Source: a virus
Lineage: Duplodnaviria; Caudoviricetes
Virus record (IMG/VR): IMGVR_UViG_2974602649_000001
Location: 1 to 64,000 of that record
Strand: one strand, 5' to 3'
Length of the DNA stretch: 64,000 nt
A program made the translations under genes and the position numbers. The notes under the pieces are model-generated. The model ran no database searches. It was not told where the DNA came from and worked only from the letters and a program-made list of their open reading frames with translations. This document shows positions 28,113 through 37,872 of this stretch, piece after piece. Positions within the stretch are counted from its first letter, which is position 1, and each line of letters begins with the position of its first letter.

Positions 28113-28536
28113 ATGCTTTCCTCACGATTGCGTATTGAATGGGTGCCATCTTGTCTTTCAGAGTTGGGTCTTTTACATCGTACCAATCAACAGTTCGAAG
28201 CCCAGCCTCTTCCCAATCATCTAGAGCGTCTTCCCATCGAGCAAGGAAGTAAATCTCACGCTGTTTCTTGGCCTTGAAGTCACCAAATTGTTTGTAGTCA
28301 AGAACTTCATCAAAGATCGCCGGACCTTCAATACTTGCAACAACACCAGCTTCCTCACGACACTCTTTCAAGGCGTTCTCTTCTGGAGTAAGACCTTCCT
28401 CAAGACCACCCTTTGGTAGAACAAGGAACGGACCCTTCAGGGAAGATACCAGTAGCACTTTGTCATTATAGATTACAGCAACACCAGTTGCGGTGCGCTT
28501 GTACTTCGAGCCGCGTTTTGCAATAGTTACATCCAT
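28057..28536 (-). CDS. Nudix hydrolase
   Basis: PKGGLEEGLTPEENALKECREEAGV Nudix box; AAGGAG RBS before ATG 28536. Confidence 0.9.
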   Translation of the reverse strand: MDVTIAKRGSKYKRTATGVAVIYNDKVLLVSSLKGPFLVLPKGGLEEGLTPEENALKECREEAGVVASIEGPAIFDEVLDYKQFGDFKAKKQREIYFLARWEDALDDWEEAGLRTVDWYDVKDPTLKDKMAPIQYAIVRKAYDLSEAARQFPVRTSHRA

Positions 28537-28546
28537 TTGTTTCTCC

Positions 28547-29104
28547 TTATTTACCGTGACGGTCACTGAAACCCTTTCCAATTTCCCATTCTTTTCGAGC
28601 ATCGATAGCATCTTGTAAGTTATCGAAATACCCTATCGTCTTGGATTTACCCTCATGCCTCCCACTGGCCAACCACTTTTCGTATCGCTTATACCACGTT
28701 ACTCCAACATGACCTGATTTATTGTTTTTGTACATTGATTTGTTGTGCATATTACCCGAATGACTTGTCTCTGTCAAATTACTCGGATCATTATTCAACC
28801 CATCTCCATCAGAGTGGTCCACTGTACCGTCTGGATATCTTCCATTGTAAATTGCCCAGATAATAACATGCTCTAACATTGTATAACGGATTCCCTTGTA
28901 CGAAACGGTTACACATCGGTAGAGTCCATCTGAATCTAATACCGTCCCTGCACGAGTACCGACATATCGCTGGAAACACTTCCACCCATGTTCTGTGTCA
29001 AAGTGACTCTGTGGTCTATTTAACCAGATTAATTCACTTTGCACAAGCTCTAAACACTCCTTTAGTATCTTAAATGGTAGGTATGAATTTGCCGTTTTTG
29101 ACAT
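28547..29104 (-). CDS. HNH homing endonuclease with C-terminal AP2-like domain
   Basis: H.IIWAIYNG..P...VDH.DG..LNN..SNL; NNKSGHVGVTW...W.A......IGYF. Confidence 0.9.
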   Translation of the reverse strand: MSKTANSYLPFKILKECLELVQSELIWLNRPQSHFDTEHGWKCFQRYVGTRAGTVLDSDGLYRCVTVSYKGIRYTMLEHVIIWAIYNGRYPDGTVDHSDGDGLNNDPSNLTETSHSGNMHNKSMYKNNKSGHVGVTWYKRYEKWLASGRHEGKSKTIGYFDNLQDAIDARKEWEIGKGFSDRHGK

Positions 29105-30311
29105 ATCCGTCCCTCACCAGCTTTCCTACGGGAAATTGGGGTAGAAGTGTACCCTTGTATCGTGCTTGGAACGCCACGGTCAAATACTTACCAACCAGTT
29201 CATTATTGTTCTCAAGGAACTGACGACGCTCGGACAGACTACCCATGACACAGTTGAATGTCAAGTCTGACATATCGTTTTTCAGTACAAAGATTCCATC
29301 ACCCTGCTTGTCAGCAATCACATCAAGAATCTCAAACTCAGCATCCTGCATTAGCTTGTATTTCCACAGACCAGAGGACCGCTTACCACTTTCGTACTCA
29401 CCATCTTTGGTGCGATACATGATACCCTCAAACCCACGGTCAATGCAATCCTTGAGTTGGGTATTCAGTTCTTCAATGCTGTCAGCGTACTTATACTGTA
29501 CAGCAACGACAAAGCCTTCCACCAACATCCGTTGTTCTAACTTACGCAGTTCCTCAAGACGCTCCTCGAAAGGCATATCGAACAGAACAATGTCGAACAC
29601 ATGATATTGAAGAGCGTCACGATACGAACTGATTGCGCAGCACTCTTCATAATCTGCCCAAGCTGATTTGTACTGAGTACTTTCTACACCGTGTTTGTTC
29701 AAAGCCTTACCTGCTTTCAGGTATGCCGCTTCAACTTTCTCTTCAGCATCCTCACGTTTCACAGCAGAGCTGATTTCCTGAAGAGTTGGCCCATGCACAT
29801 ACAGTTCACCGTCGAGAATATCACCAACTTCCATAATACTCAACAGTTCTTGCTCAATGTGTGGGACTCGGTATAGCTGACCGGTTCGGGAGAACAACGA
29901 TACGTATTTACCAATACCCGGTGCATGCAAGCACTTTGCGATACAGCGGAAGCCATCAAGCTTATCGGAAGTATAAACACCTTCCTCTACAGTCTTTTGC
30001 TTACCTGCTTTGGTGTGGTCTTTCGACAACATTGCCAAAACAGGAAGGTCATTCAGTTCCTCGAAAGTCTCACGGTAGTTCTTATCAAGCTGTTTCTTGA
30101 TCCGAGATTGAGCCTCAAATACGGCCTGCTCGTATGGTGTGCGACCTTGCTTACCAACTTTGATGTTGTCTTGCTTGTCATCAATGATTGTACCACCGTA
30201 CACACCGTAAGCGATGTTCAGAACACCTACACCGTCGATATCACGGGCTTTGATGGACCAGACTTTGTAATCACCACCTTTGTTCAAACCGTACAGAGTT
30301 TTCTCAAACAT
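29070..30311 (-). CDS. ATP-dependent DNA ligase
   Basis: KLDGFR, LDGELY, VFD, EGIM, KYK, PQFP motifs. Confidence 0.93.
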   Translation of the reverse strand: MFEKTLYGLNKGGDYKVWSIKARDIDGVGVLNIAYGVYGGTIIDDKQDNIKVGKQGRTPYEQAVFEAQSRIKKQLDKNYRETFEELNDLPVLAMLSKDHTKAGKQKTVEEGVYTSDKLDGFRCIAKCLHAPGIGKYVSLFSRTGQLYRVPHIEQELLSIMEVGDILDGELYVHGPTLQEISSAVKREDAEEKVEAAYLKAGKALNKHGVESTQYKSAWADYEECCAISSYRDALQYHVFDIVLFDMPFEERLEELRKLEQRMLVEGFVVAVQYKYADSIEELNTQLKDCIDRGFEGIMYRTKDGEYESGKRSSGLWKYKLMQDAEFEILDVIADKQGDGIFVLKNDMSDLTFNCVMGSLSERRQFLENNNELVGKYLTVAFQARYKGTLLPQFPVGKLVRDGYVKNGKFIPTI

Positions 30312-30552
30312 TGTTCTCTCCTTTCTTTACCATGTAAACGTTGTAGCCAATTTTACCATCAACGGAACGGAATGCAAGCTCATAATCATCAAAGTTTACA
30401 TTTGGGTTGTGGAGAATCCACTGGGCGACATAGCATTCCTGATTTTGGTAAACCACCTTCGCTGCTTGAGCAACTAGTTCGTCTCGTTTCTTTGTGATCA
30501 TCTCGTCCGATATCTCAGGCATTAGTTTCTGGATAGCTTCAAAGTCAATCAT
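30304..30552 (-). CDS. hypothetical protein
   Basis: ORF coupled to ligase. Confidence 0.6.
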   Translation of the reverse strand: MIDFEAIQKLMPEISDEMITKKRDELVAQAAKVVYQNQECYVAQWILHNPNVNFDDYELAFRSVDGKIGYNVYMVKKGENNV

Positions 30553-30767
30553 GCTTCGATCCTGTACTCAAAGGTTCCAGAGTGAATTGACATATGACTA
30601 ACAACGCTATCAATGTCAGCAGGAATTTCACGAGTGTATTCCCCAGAAAGAAGTTCTCCGTCAAACTCAACACGATCAATGACATAACCACACTTTCCGT
30701 AAAGGTACACAACAGCGTCACCAACTCCACCATCAACTCCTTTCAGTGATGTCACTACAATCTTCAT
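30549..30767 (-). CDS. hypothetical protein
   Basis: GAGGAGG RBS. Confidence 0.6.
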   Translation of the reverse strand: MKIVVTSLKGVDGGVGDAVVYLYGKCGYVIDRVEFDGELLSGEYTREIPADIDSVVSHMSIHSGTFEYRIEA

Positions 30768-31225
30768 TATTCCTCCTCGTATTTCTCACAGTGAATACCT
30801 TTTCGACGAAGGTACTCAATGCCGTCAGTCAACCGGTACTCTTCCTCATAGATTACAGATTCTACACCCACTTGGTGCATCTGTAAAGCACATTCAAGAC
30901 AAGGAGATAGAGTTCCCACAAGAGTTGCACCTTTCAGGGAGATGCCTTCCCGGGCAGCCTTCGCAATGATGTTACGCTCTGCGTGCAAGCATTCAGGGTG
31001 AGTAACAATATTCACGCCTGTCTGAACTCCCCAGTGCCCATCATACCGGGGAACAGCAATCTCGCAGTTATTATCGTCACCAGATGGACGACCGTTCCAA
31101 CTATAAATCATGATATCCTGTGGAGTGATTGCTACATAACCAACTTTCTTACGTTCAGCATGTGACAACTGAGCAAACCCTCGTGCAGCGTGCATATAAG
31201 GCTTGACCATCTTGTGTTTAATCAT
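30767..31225 (-). CDS. dCMP deaminase
   Basis: HAERN, SPCLECA zinc motifs. Confidence 0.92.
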   Translation of the reverse strand: MIKHKMVKPYMHAARGFAQLSHAERKKVGYVAITPQDIMIYSWNGRPSGDDNNCEIAVPRYDGHWGVQTGVNIVTHPECLHAERNIIAKAAREGISLKGATLVGTLSPCLECALQMHQVGVESVIYEEEYRLTDGIEYLRRKGIHCEKYEEE

Positions 31226-31402
31226 TGTTTCCCTCCGCTCCAGAAAATCATACTACCGCAACTAGAGCACCCACTGTACCACAATTTGTGCTTACCGTTC
31301 CAGTATCTTTTAGGCTCCCAGTTGAGGAAGCACTTTACGCATATGCCGTACAATTATACCTCCATTAAAAATGCCCACCGCATATAGTCAGTGGGCAATA
31401 TG

Positions 31403-31861
31403 TTAGCCGATCAGGTGCTTGTATTGATTGTAGTCCAGTTTGGTTTGGAACTCAACCTTCTGAGACTGGAACTCAAGACCGCGATACTTGTGGTAAGTTG
31501 CTTTTACCTTAGTGACAATGCGGCAGTAACCTGCAAACAGGACCAGAATATCAGCTTCGCCATTGTCGTCATTGACGAACTCTTTGAACTCTGGAATATG
31601 ACCAAAGAACTCAATACCTGCTATGTTATGCAGAGCCATATCTGGTGCTTTGTTGTGCATGTGAATCATAGTGTTCACTTTGAACTTCTCACATCCTTGT
31701 TTACGGAATCGTGGGTTGCTGAAGTGTAGAAGTTTTCCCATTTTGTCATATACCGGCTCATAACCCATTGCACCTGCGAACCTCATCAGGGACAGAGTTT
31801 GAATTGCTTCAGTGTTGCTTACTTCAGGGAAGGTGCATGGGGATTCGTAAAATTTAGTCAT
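31403..31861 (-). CDS. hypothetical protein
   Basis: AAGGAG RBS; hairpin terminator at ~31373-31397. Confidence 0.7.
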   Translation of the reverse strand: MTKFYESPCTFPEVSNTEAIQTLSLMRFAGAMGYEPVYDKMGKLLHFSNPRFRKQGCEKFKVNTMIHMHNKAPDMALHNIAGIEFFGHIPEFKEFVNDDNGEADILVLFAGYCRIVTKVKATYHKYRGLEFQSQKVEFQTKLDYNQYKHLIG

Positions 31862-31879
31862 TGTATTTCTCCTTTTCTA

Positions 31880-32161
31880 TTAGCGTTGTTGTCCGCGACG
31901 AGTACTAGTTCCAGTACAACTGTAACCACCAGACTCAAGTCGGGATTTACCTTTCTCAAGCTTTGCTGCAATCACCGTATAGTGACCTTTTCCGTATTCT
32001 TTGTCAACCGATTCTTGAGCTAATTTCCTATCAGATGTTTTGTAGAATACAAAATCACCCATTGCGTTCTTGATGTAAAAAGAACCACTTGGAACAAAAT
32101 CCCATTCACTGTATTGCTCATACGGGACAACTACTGTCTTGATGGTCTTCTTACTAGTCAT
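31880..32161 (-). CDS. hypothetical protein
   Basis: GGAGGAG RBS. Confidence 0.7.
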   Translation of the reverse strand: MTSKKTIKTVVVPYEQYSEWDFVPSGSFYIKNAMGDFVFYKTSDRKLAQESVDKEYGKGHYTVIAAKLEKGKSRLESGGYSCTGTSTRRGQQR

Positions 32162-32535
32162 TAAAAGAACTCCTCCAGCATATCTTGCACAACTTCATCT
32201 GTCAACTCTTCGTATGTGTAAAGCTTCTCACGAACTTCCCACGCAAAGGCTGCAATCTGTGTTGCACTATAACCTAATTGACTGGCGCTCACAACAATCT
32301 TTTCTAGGGCCTGATCAATTGTCATCGGATTTCCTCAACGGTAGGCATTGAGATAGTAGTGATTCGGAAATCATCACCAAATCCAAGATCCTCTTCGTAA
32401 AGTTCTCGGAACTCATATGCTAGACTGGACACTCCACCGGGCGGCTCTTCACCAGTTGAAGCGTACATTGCGTCAACTTCATCGTCTGTCATGAATGCTT
32501 CATTACCTGCCGGATTCCATGCCATATAGTAAGTT

Positions 32536-32793
32536 TTATTCATACTTGAATTTCTCCTTAAATTCGTCAACCAAATTAGACGCATCATGATGTCTGGAGC
32601 ACCCGCACCACATGTTGTAGTACATGCAAGCAATATCATCAGGTTCATCTGGAACAAGAGGAAGGTCACCACCATCAATACATAAGCAGCCATCCTCAAA
32701 GTATTGTCGCATTGTCTTTTGGTTCGCTGCGCTTGGTAGTTCGTTATATCTTCGAATCAAAACTGCTTTTGTAATTACAAGCATCTCGTTCAT
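32536..32793 (-). CDS. hypothetical protein
   Basis: ORF in minus-strand run. Confidence 0.6.
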   Translation of the reverse strand: MNEMLVITKAVLIRRYNELPSAANQKTMRQYFEDGCLCIDGGDLPLVPDEPDDIACMYYNMWCGCSRHHDASNLVDEFKEKFKYE

Positions 32794-33403
32794 AGACGAC
32801 TCTCTATAACTTCAGTCCAGTGAGCACCGTCGTTGTAGTGAAGTGTATGGAAGTCAATCGAACCATCGTCATTGATCTTAACATCAGCAAAGTTGTAGCA
32901 CACAGTCTCACGATGAACTTCCCACTCAACTGTGTAGATTTCACCATCAATCACTACAAAACCATTCTCTTCATAGGTGGAGTAACAGTCTTCAGTGAAA
33001 CCTTCAGTGTCAATTCCAGTTGGGATCAGCTTACCTTTGTTACGTTCAGTATCACTCATTGATTCCATTCTCCATTTCATCAATGTCATCTTCCAGAGAT
33101 TGTTGAACAAGCTCAAGGTCAGTTGTGTCCATCATTCGATAGTGCTTACGGACAAATGCCAATGCAATACCAATCCCAGCCTTTGCGATACGCATGTCTT
33201 CAACAGTTGGGTAGTTTGACGTCAGATATGTCTTTACGCTCATTTCAATCCCTCCACATATGTGTGAGCCTTAACGCCCTTAATGTAAGCCATCATCATG
33301 TCACGATATTCATCTTTTGACAAGGGGCGCTGTAATAGCGCCTTCACATCCTCAACAAATGCCATCCAGTAACCAACTGCTGGTGGTTTGTTCCGAGTAA
33401 CCA

Positions 33404-33745
33404 TTATGCCTCCACCAGATATGGGTTATCTTCGTGCTCGAAGAGTTTCTGCCACTCATCATCGTCACCAATTGGCATCAAGTATTCTGGACCCCACGCT
33501 GAATAACCTTCAATGAATGGGGAAGCGTTACCACTATCAAACCCTACAGTTACTCCCGACACCATAATGCGTGGTCCCCACCTGTTCACAATATTGTCTT
33601 TGAGAGTGAACTGGAAAGTGTCACCATCCTCAACGATTTGTTCAACAGTAACAGTACTTCCGATCAGGTGCTTGTTACACAACTGAGCAGTGTTGATGAT
33701 TATAGCCAGACCACCCACTTTGAATTGTTTGTGACCCAGATCCAT
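33404..33745 (-). CDS. hypothetical protein
   Basis: AAGGAGG RBS. Confidence 0.7.
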   Translation of the reverse strand: MDLGHKQFKVGGLAIIINTAQLCNKHLIGSTVTVEQIVEDGDTFQFTLKDNIVNRWGPRIMVSGVTVGFDSGNASPFIEGYSAWGPEYLMPIGDDDEWQKLFEHEDNPYLVEA

Positions 33746-33754
33746 AAATCCTCC

Positions 33755-35026
33755 TTAGATAATGATATGTGGAATGAACCGTTCGTTCGCAATGCTCAAC
33801 ACTTCAGAGTCAAACTCACGGAAGCACAGGCTTGCAGTGTATTTACCCATCATCCAGCAACCCAGAATGAAGTTGTTACGACCTTGGACCTTGTAAGGTG
33901 CCCGATATTCTTGGAGAACCGAGTTCTCTTCGTCGTAATAACCACCAGTGTCACTGATGATTTCACCATCTTTCCAAATCTTGATGTTGTTCGACAGACG
34001 ACCAACTACTGGTTTCTCAACCAAGTGACTCATACCCAGTTCCGAACCATCTTCGACATCATCATACAGATAAGTTGGAATCAATGCAACATGACCGAAC
34101 TTCTCTTTGAAGCTAAAGCTGGTTTCCATCAAGTGAGTGCAAAGAGCTTGCATGCCCTTGTTGGCAAAGAACCAACGCCATGCTGGTTCAAACACATGCA
34201 CATGATCAATCCAGTGAGTCCACTTGTCGAGGATTCGAGGGAAGTTGGTTACCATCTCTTCCCAAGGACTCAGAATATACACTGCATCCAGCGGATTGTC
34301 ATCACCTTTCGCAAAGAAAGGAGAACCGTATTCCGAATCGTCAAAGTCCAACTCTTTGATGTCAAGGAACTGTACGCGGGACAGTGGGAAAGCTTCGTTG
34401 AAAGCTTGAGCCAGAGTCTCACAGGTTGCCATGTCTTCAATGTAAGCGGTATCACACACAACAGCCACGTTCTGGTAGTTGTTCTTGCGGATCTGCTCAA
34501 TGAAGATCGACCACCAGTTATTGTACTGGTCAGTACCCAGTTGCTGCGACAGTCGGTTCTGGATGTTTACCGATTCGAACAGCATCACCGGAGTGTCACC
34601 GTTGAACTCGTACACACCTTCCAACTCTTCAGTCTCAGGGTTGAAGCATGCATCGTATCGACCATATAGTGCTGGGTGTTTCTTGTGGAACGTTGCTTCT
34701 GCGTATCGGGTGAAGGCGCGACCATGTTCACGCATAAACTCACAGTCAAAGAATCGCATCAGTCGCTCTTTGTCGTGGAACGCATAAGACAGAGCGTATT
34801 CCATCATCTGGTAATAGTCTTCAAACTGCTGATTCAGATTGTAGGTTGTTTCGTCTCGCATGGTGTAGAACGGCATTGCATCTTTGTTTGCAACTGGGAA
34901 CGACAACAGGTCATGTACATCACCATTCAACTCTTCACCATCCCGATAGAAGGTGCTCAGGAATGGAAGCTCCTCACGTACAACTTGGTTGATGTTGAAG
35001 TTGATACTTTCTTTTACTACGTGCAT
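33755..35026 (-). CDS. glutathionylspermidine-synthase-like ATP-grasp ligase (YgiC/YjfC family)
   Basis: LYGRYD, EFNGDTP..LFES, PWE, EPAW...ANKG, KPVVGR..NI.I, C-terminal F.PH.I. Confidence 0.9.
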   Translation of the reverse strand: MHVVKESINFNINQVVREELPFLSTFYRDGEELNGDVHDLLSFPVANKDAMPFYTMRDETTYNLNQQFEDYYQMMEYALSYAFHDKERLMRFFDCEFMREHGRAFTRYAEATFHKKHPALYGRYDACFNPETEELEGVYEFNGDTPVMLFESVNIQNRLSQQLGTDQYNNWWSIFIEQIRKNNYQNVAVVCDTAYIEDMATCETLAQAFNEAFPLSRVQFLDIKELDFDDSEYGSPFFAKGDDNPLDAVYILSPWEEMVTNFPRILDKWTHWIDHVHVFEPAWRWFFANKGMQALCTHLMETSFSFKEKFGHVALIPTYLYDDVEDGSELGMSHLVEKPVVGRLSNNIKIWKDGEIISDTGGYYDEENSVLQEYRAPYKVQGRNNFILGCWMMGKYTASLCFREFDSEVLSIANERFIPHIII

Positions 35027-35194
35027 TCATTTACTCCTTAAAAGAGATGTAAGCTAACACAGGGATGATCAATGTCAATAATACAACAGAAATACACATG
35101 CAAATCCACAAGTCTGGTAGATTACCATTGTGTATGAACAGGGTATCATAGGTGTGAAGACTATTCATCATTCCCTCTTTGTTTGTATGTCGCC

Positions 35195-35223
35195 ATTATG
35201 CCCCTCTTTCGAAGGGCAGTCAA
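35195..35223 (-). promoter_or_regulatory. sigma70 promoter with a hairpin in the spacer
   Basis: minus strand TTGACT-GCCCTTCGAAAGAGGGG-CATAAT; second promoter TTGACA-16-TAGCTT at 35078-35051. Confidence 0.6.
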
Positions 35224-35302
35224 GCATTTATTTCACTTATCTCCAAGAATCAGAGCGGGTAACACAATAAGGATAATGATCCAGATACAAAACCAGAACA
35301 CA

Positions 35303-35872
35303 TCAACCTCCCGAGGAGTAGCCAGACGAACGAGCAGATCCACTACCAGCGAATGCACCAGAACTACGACTCGCACTGGTTGCCTTCCACGTTGGGGAAG
35401 ACTTAATGGTGGTAGCAGCACGACTGCGCACCGAGCCAGCATATGCACTCACACTTGCATTTTTCTTTCGACGATAGTCTGACTGGGAGTAGTAGGATCG
35501 TGGTGCTGGGGCATATCCACGGTTATAACCACCTGAGCTATTAAACATACTTGCAATCAAAGCACCTGCTGCCATGCCACCGAGCATTGGGAGGACGCTA
35601 TCAGAGAAGCTGGATTGACCAGTTTTTGGATCAACAGTCTCACGAACGATCACCATTTGTTTCTCACCGTTCTCATCAACAGTGTAGTACATGTCTTTGA
35701 TGGTTGGGTCTTTCGCTTGAGCTTCTTTCAGTGCTTGTTTCAGTTCAGCGTCATCCTTGTTCAGGACTTCCCGTGCGTGAGAGTCAAGATCTGCTTGAGT
35801 TGGCTGAGGTTCTTCACAGCCTACAAGAACGGAACCGAGAGTGACAGCTAGAGCGAGTTTTGCAAGTTTCAT
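35303..35872 (-). CDS. lipoprotein with Gly/Ser/Arg-rich tail (YgiB/YjfM, DUF1190-like)
   Basis: lipobox LVGC, PMLGGMAAGALI segment, low-complexity SRSSGAFAGSGSARSSGYSSGG end; upstream of YgiC-like gene. Confidence 0.7.
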   Translation of the reverse strand: MKLAKLALAVTLGSVLVGCEEPQPTQADLDSHAREVLNKDDAELKQALKEAQAKDPTIKDMYYTVDENGEKQMVIVRETVDPKTGQSSFSDSVLPMLGGMAAGALIASMFNSSGGYNRGYAPAPRSYYSQSDYRRKKNASVSAYAGSVRSRAATTIKSSPTWKATSASRSSGAFAGSGSARSSGYSSGG

Positions 35873-35904
35873 ATATTCTCCTATGTTTGTAGATGCCGGG
35901 GCTG

Positions 35905-37644
35905 TTAGCCCCGTTCCAGCTTGTGACGAATCTGACCAAGAGTGGACAGGTTTGCAAAGTTACCATCAAGGAAGCGAATGTGCAACAGGTTTTCTTCGCT
36001 TTCCTCAAACTCACGAGTTACATCGTTCAGTAGCACGAGTTCACCAGTCTCTTTGTCTTGAACCACAGCCAGCAGACCTTTAGCAGATTTCTTCTTACTG
36101 TCAGTCTTTGGATCCTTGAAGATCGAAATCTTCTCACCATTGACTTCAGTGTAAGTCGCCTTAACGGTAAACCCAAATACATCACGAGTCAAGCACTGGT
36201 AAGTGTACGAACCAATACCGAACACACAGCAACTGGAAGCAAGGCCATTCTGCTTCAAACCTTCAAGGATGTCAAGGCATCGCTGAGGAGTAATGCTGTC
36301 ACCGTAGATCAAACCAATTTGATCGATATACTGGCGATAACCTTTCTCAGTTTCAGTGTAGCCAAAGATATCTTGAAGCAAACGAGCAGCACCAAGAACC
36401 TCTTCAGCACTTACTTCCTCACCCAGCACGTAACGTTCTGGCCAACCTTCGCCACCAAAACCCTCATACTCTACTTCATACCGATAAAACTTTTCACCTT
36501 GCTTAACAACAGCACTTTCTTCTGCGTTAGCCATGTTATACAGGTCGTTGTAACCTTCCGGGTATACGAAGTATCCATTGACAACTCGCTCTGGAACTCC
36601 AGTGTCAGGACGCAATACCAAACGACCCGGGGTAATACCATTCGACTCACGACGAAGGATAACGTCTTTCATGTACGGCAGACCACGAGACAACACACCC
36701 CAGAAGTCATAACTGTCAGCAACATACGACAGAATACCTTTCGGGAACTTCAGCATCAGTTCGTAGAGGAACATCATTTCAGCGATGAGGCGTTGGTCTT
36801 CACCTTCTACCCACATCTCACTGTAAATTTTTTGCTGCTCATCATTGACAAAGAAATAGTCACCTTCAGTCAATGCTCGTTCAATACGCAGGATGTTCGA
36901 AGTGGCTACGGCGTGTTCAGTTGCAGGAACAGAAGCTGCTACAAACTCACCAGCACGATAATAATCCTGAGCGTACATGATCGAACCAAGGCTGTCAGTA
37001 CCCAAGAACGCTGCAATGTGACCGAACTCACTACGGGCACTATCTTCAGGACCGGACATACCACGGCATGCGAAGCTGTGACCTTGGAACAGAACAGTGT
37101 TCAGATCAACGCCTGTTTGCTCTGCGTAATCCAGCAACATGCGCTTGTACTCACACGCAATAGTTGCAACAGTACTTGGTTTCCACATCAGGTTGGACAG
37201 AGTAGTTTCAAGGAAGTTCACCAGCCAGAATGCGTGAGGAACAGTGTTCTCAATCGTCATCACTGGAATGTTGAAGCCCATCTTGGTGCCTTCATCCACA
37301 GTCTTGATTTTCAGCGGAAGATAACCGAGATCGTGCAACGCTGCCAGACGATGAGTTGGAACAGCATCCATACCCAGATAGTTATCGCACAGCATCTTGA
37401 AGCGAGCAATTGCGATACCCTTGTCCATGTCAAAGAACTTCTGCCAGTTCTCCACAACCTCTTGCAGAGCACCTTCTTGACCGATCACAACGATCTTACC
37501 GTCATAATACTTGGTTGCTTGGCGACGATAGATCCGGTCGTTTCGTGGAGTGTTGTTGGCGTTAACCAGAGTAGTACCATCGCTGTACATTTCGGCGTGA
37601 GCCAGCTTATAACCGTCGCTATTGAATGGGGCAAATAGGTTCAT
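35905..37644 (-). CDS. nicotinamide phosphoribosyltransferase-like protein (Namat of NARP1)
   Basis: DGYK..H..MY, GTDS, SVPATEH, DSYD, RPD.G, IYGDSIT, GIGSY, KDPKTD..KKSAKG. Confidence 0.92.
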   Translation of the reverse strand: MNLFAPFNSDGYKLAHAEMYSDGTTLVNANNTPRNDRIYRRQATKYYDGKIVVIGQEGALQEVVENWQKFFDMDKGIAIARFKMLCDNYLGMDAVPTHRLAALHDLGYLPLKIKTVDEGTKMGFNIPVMTIENTVPHAFWLVNFLETTLSNLMWKPSTVATIACEYKRMLLDYAEQTGVDLNTVLFQGHSFACRGMSGPEDSARSEFGHIAAFLGTDSLGSIMYAQDYYRAGEFVAASVPATEHAVATSNILRIERALTEGDYFFVNDEQQKIYSEMWVEGEDQRLIAEMMFLYELMLKFPKGILSYVADSYDFWGVLSRGLPYMKDVILRRESNGITPGRLVLRPDTGVPERVVNGYFVYPEGYNDLYNMANAEESAVVKQGEKFYRYEVEYEGFGGEGWPERYVLGEEVSAEEVLGAARLLQDIFGYTETEKGYRQYIDQIGLIYGDSITPQRCLDILEGLKQNGLASSCCVFGIGSYTYQCLTRDVFGFTVKATYTEVNGEKISIFKDPKTDSKKKSAKGLLAVVQDKETGELVLLNDVTREFEESEENLLHIRFLDGNFANLSTLGQIRHKLERG

Positions 37645-37862
37645 TCTTCAGTCTCCATTTTGTTTTCGGTAAAGTTACCAGATTTGTTAGCCTTGATATT
37701 CTGAAGGATTTCGATCACTTCGTCAATATCTTCGTAGCAAATTGCTACGGTATCTTTCTGCTTACCCTCATGAAACTCTAGCACTTCAATGTCATGATCC
37801 CAACTTACCTCGACTTTCCATTCTTTGAGCTTAACTCGACCTTCAGTTTTGCTAAAATCCAT
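37641..37862 (-). CDS. hypothetical protein
   Basis: GAGGAG RBS. Confidence 0.65.
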   Translation of the reverse strand: MDFSKTEGRVKLKEWKVEVSWDHDIEVLEFHEGKQKDTVAICYEDIDEVIEILQNIKANKSGNFTENKMETEE

Positions 37863-37872
37863 TATTCTCTCC

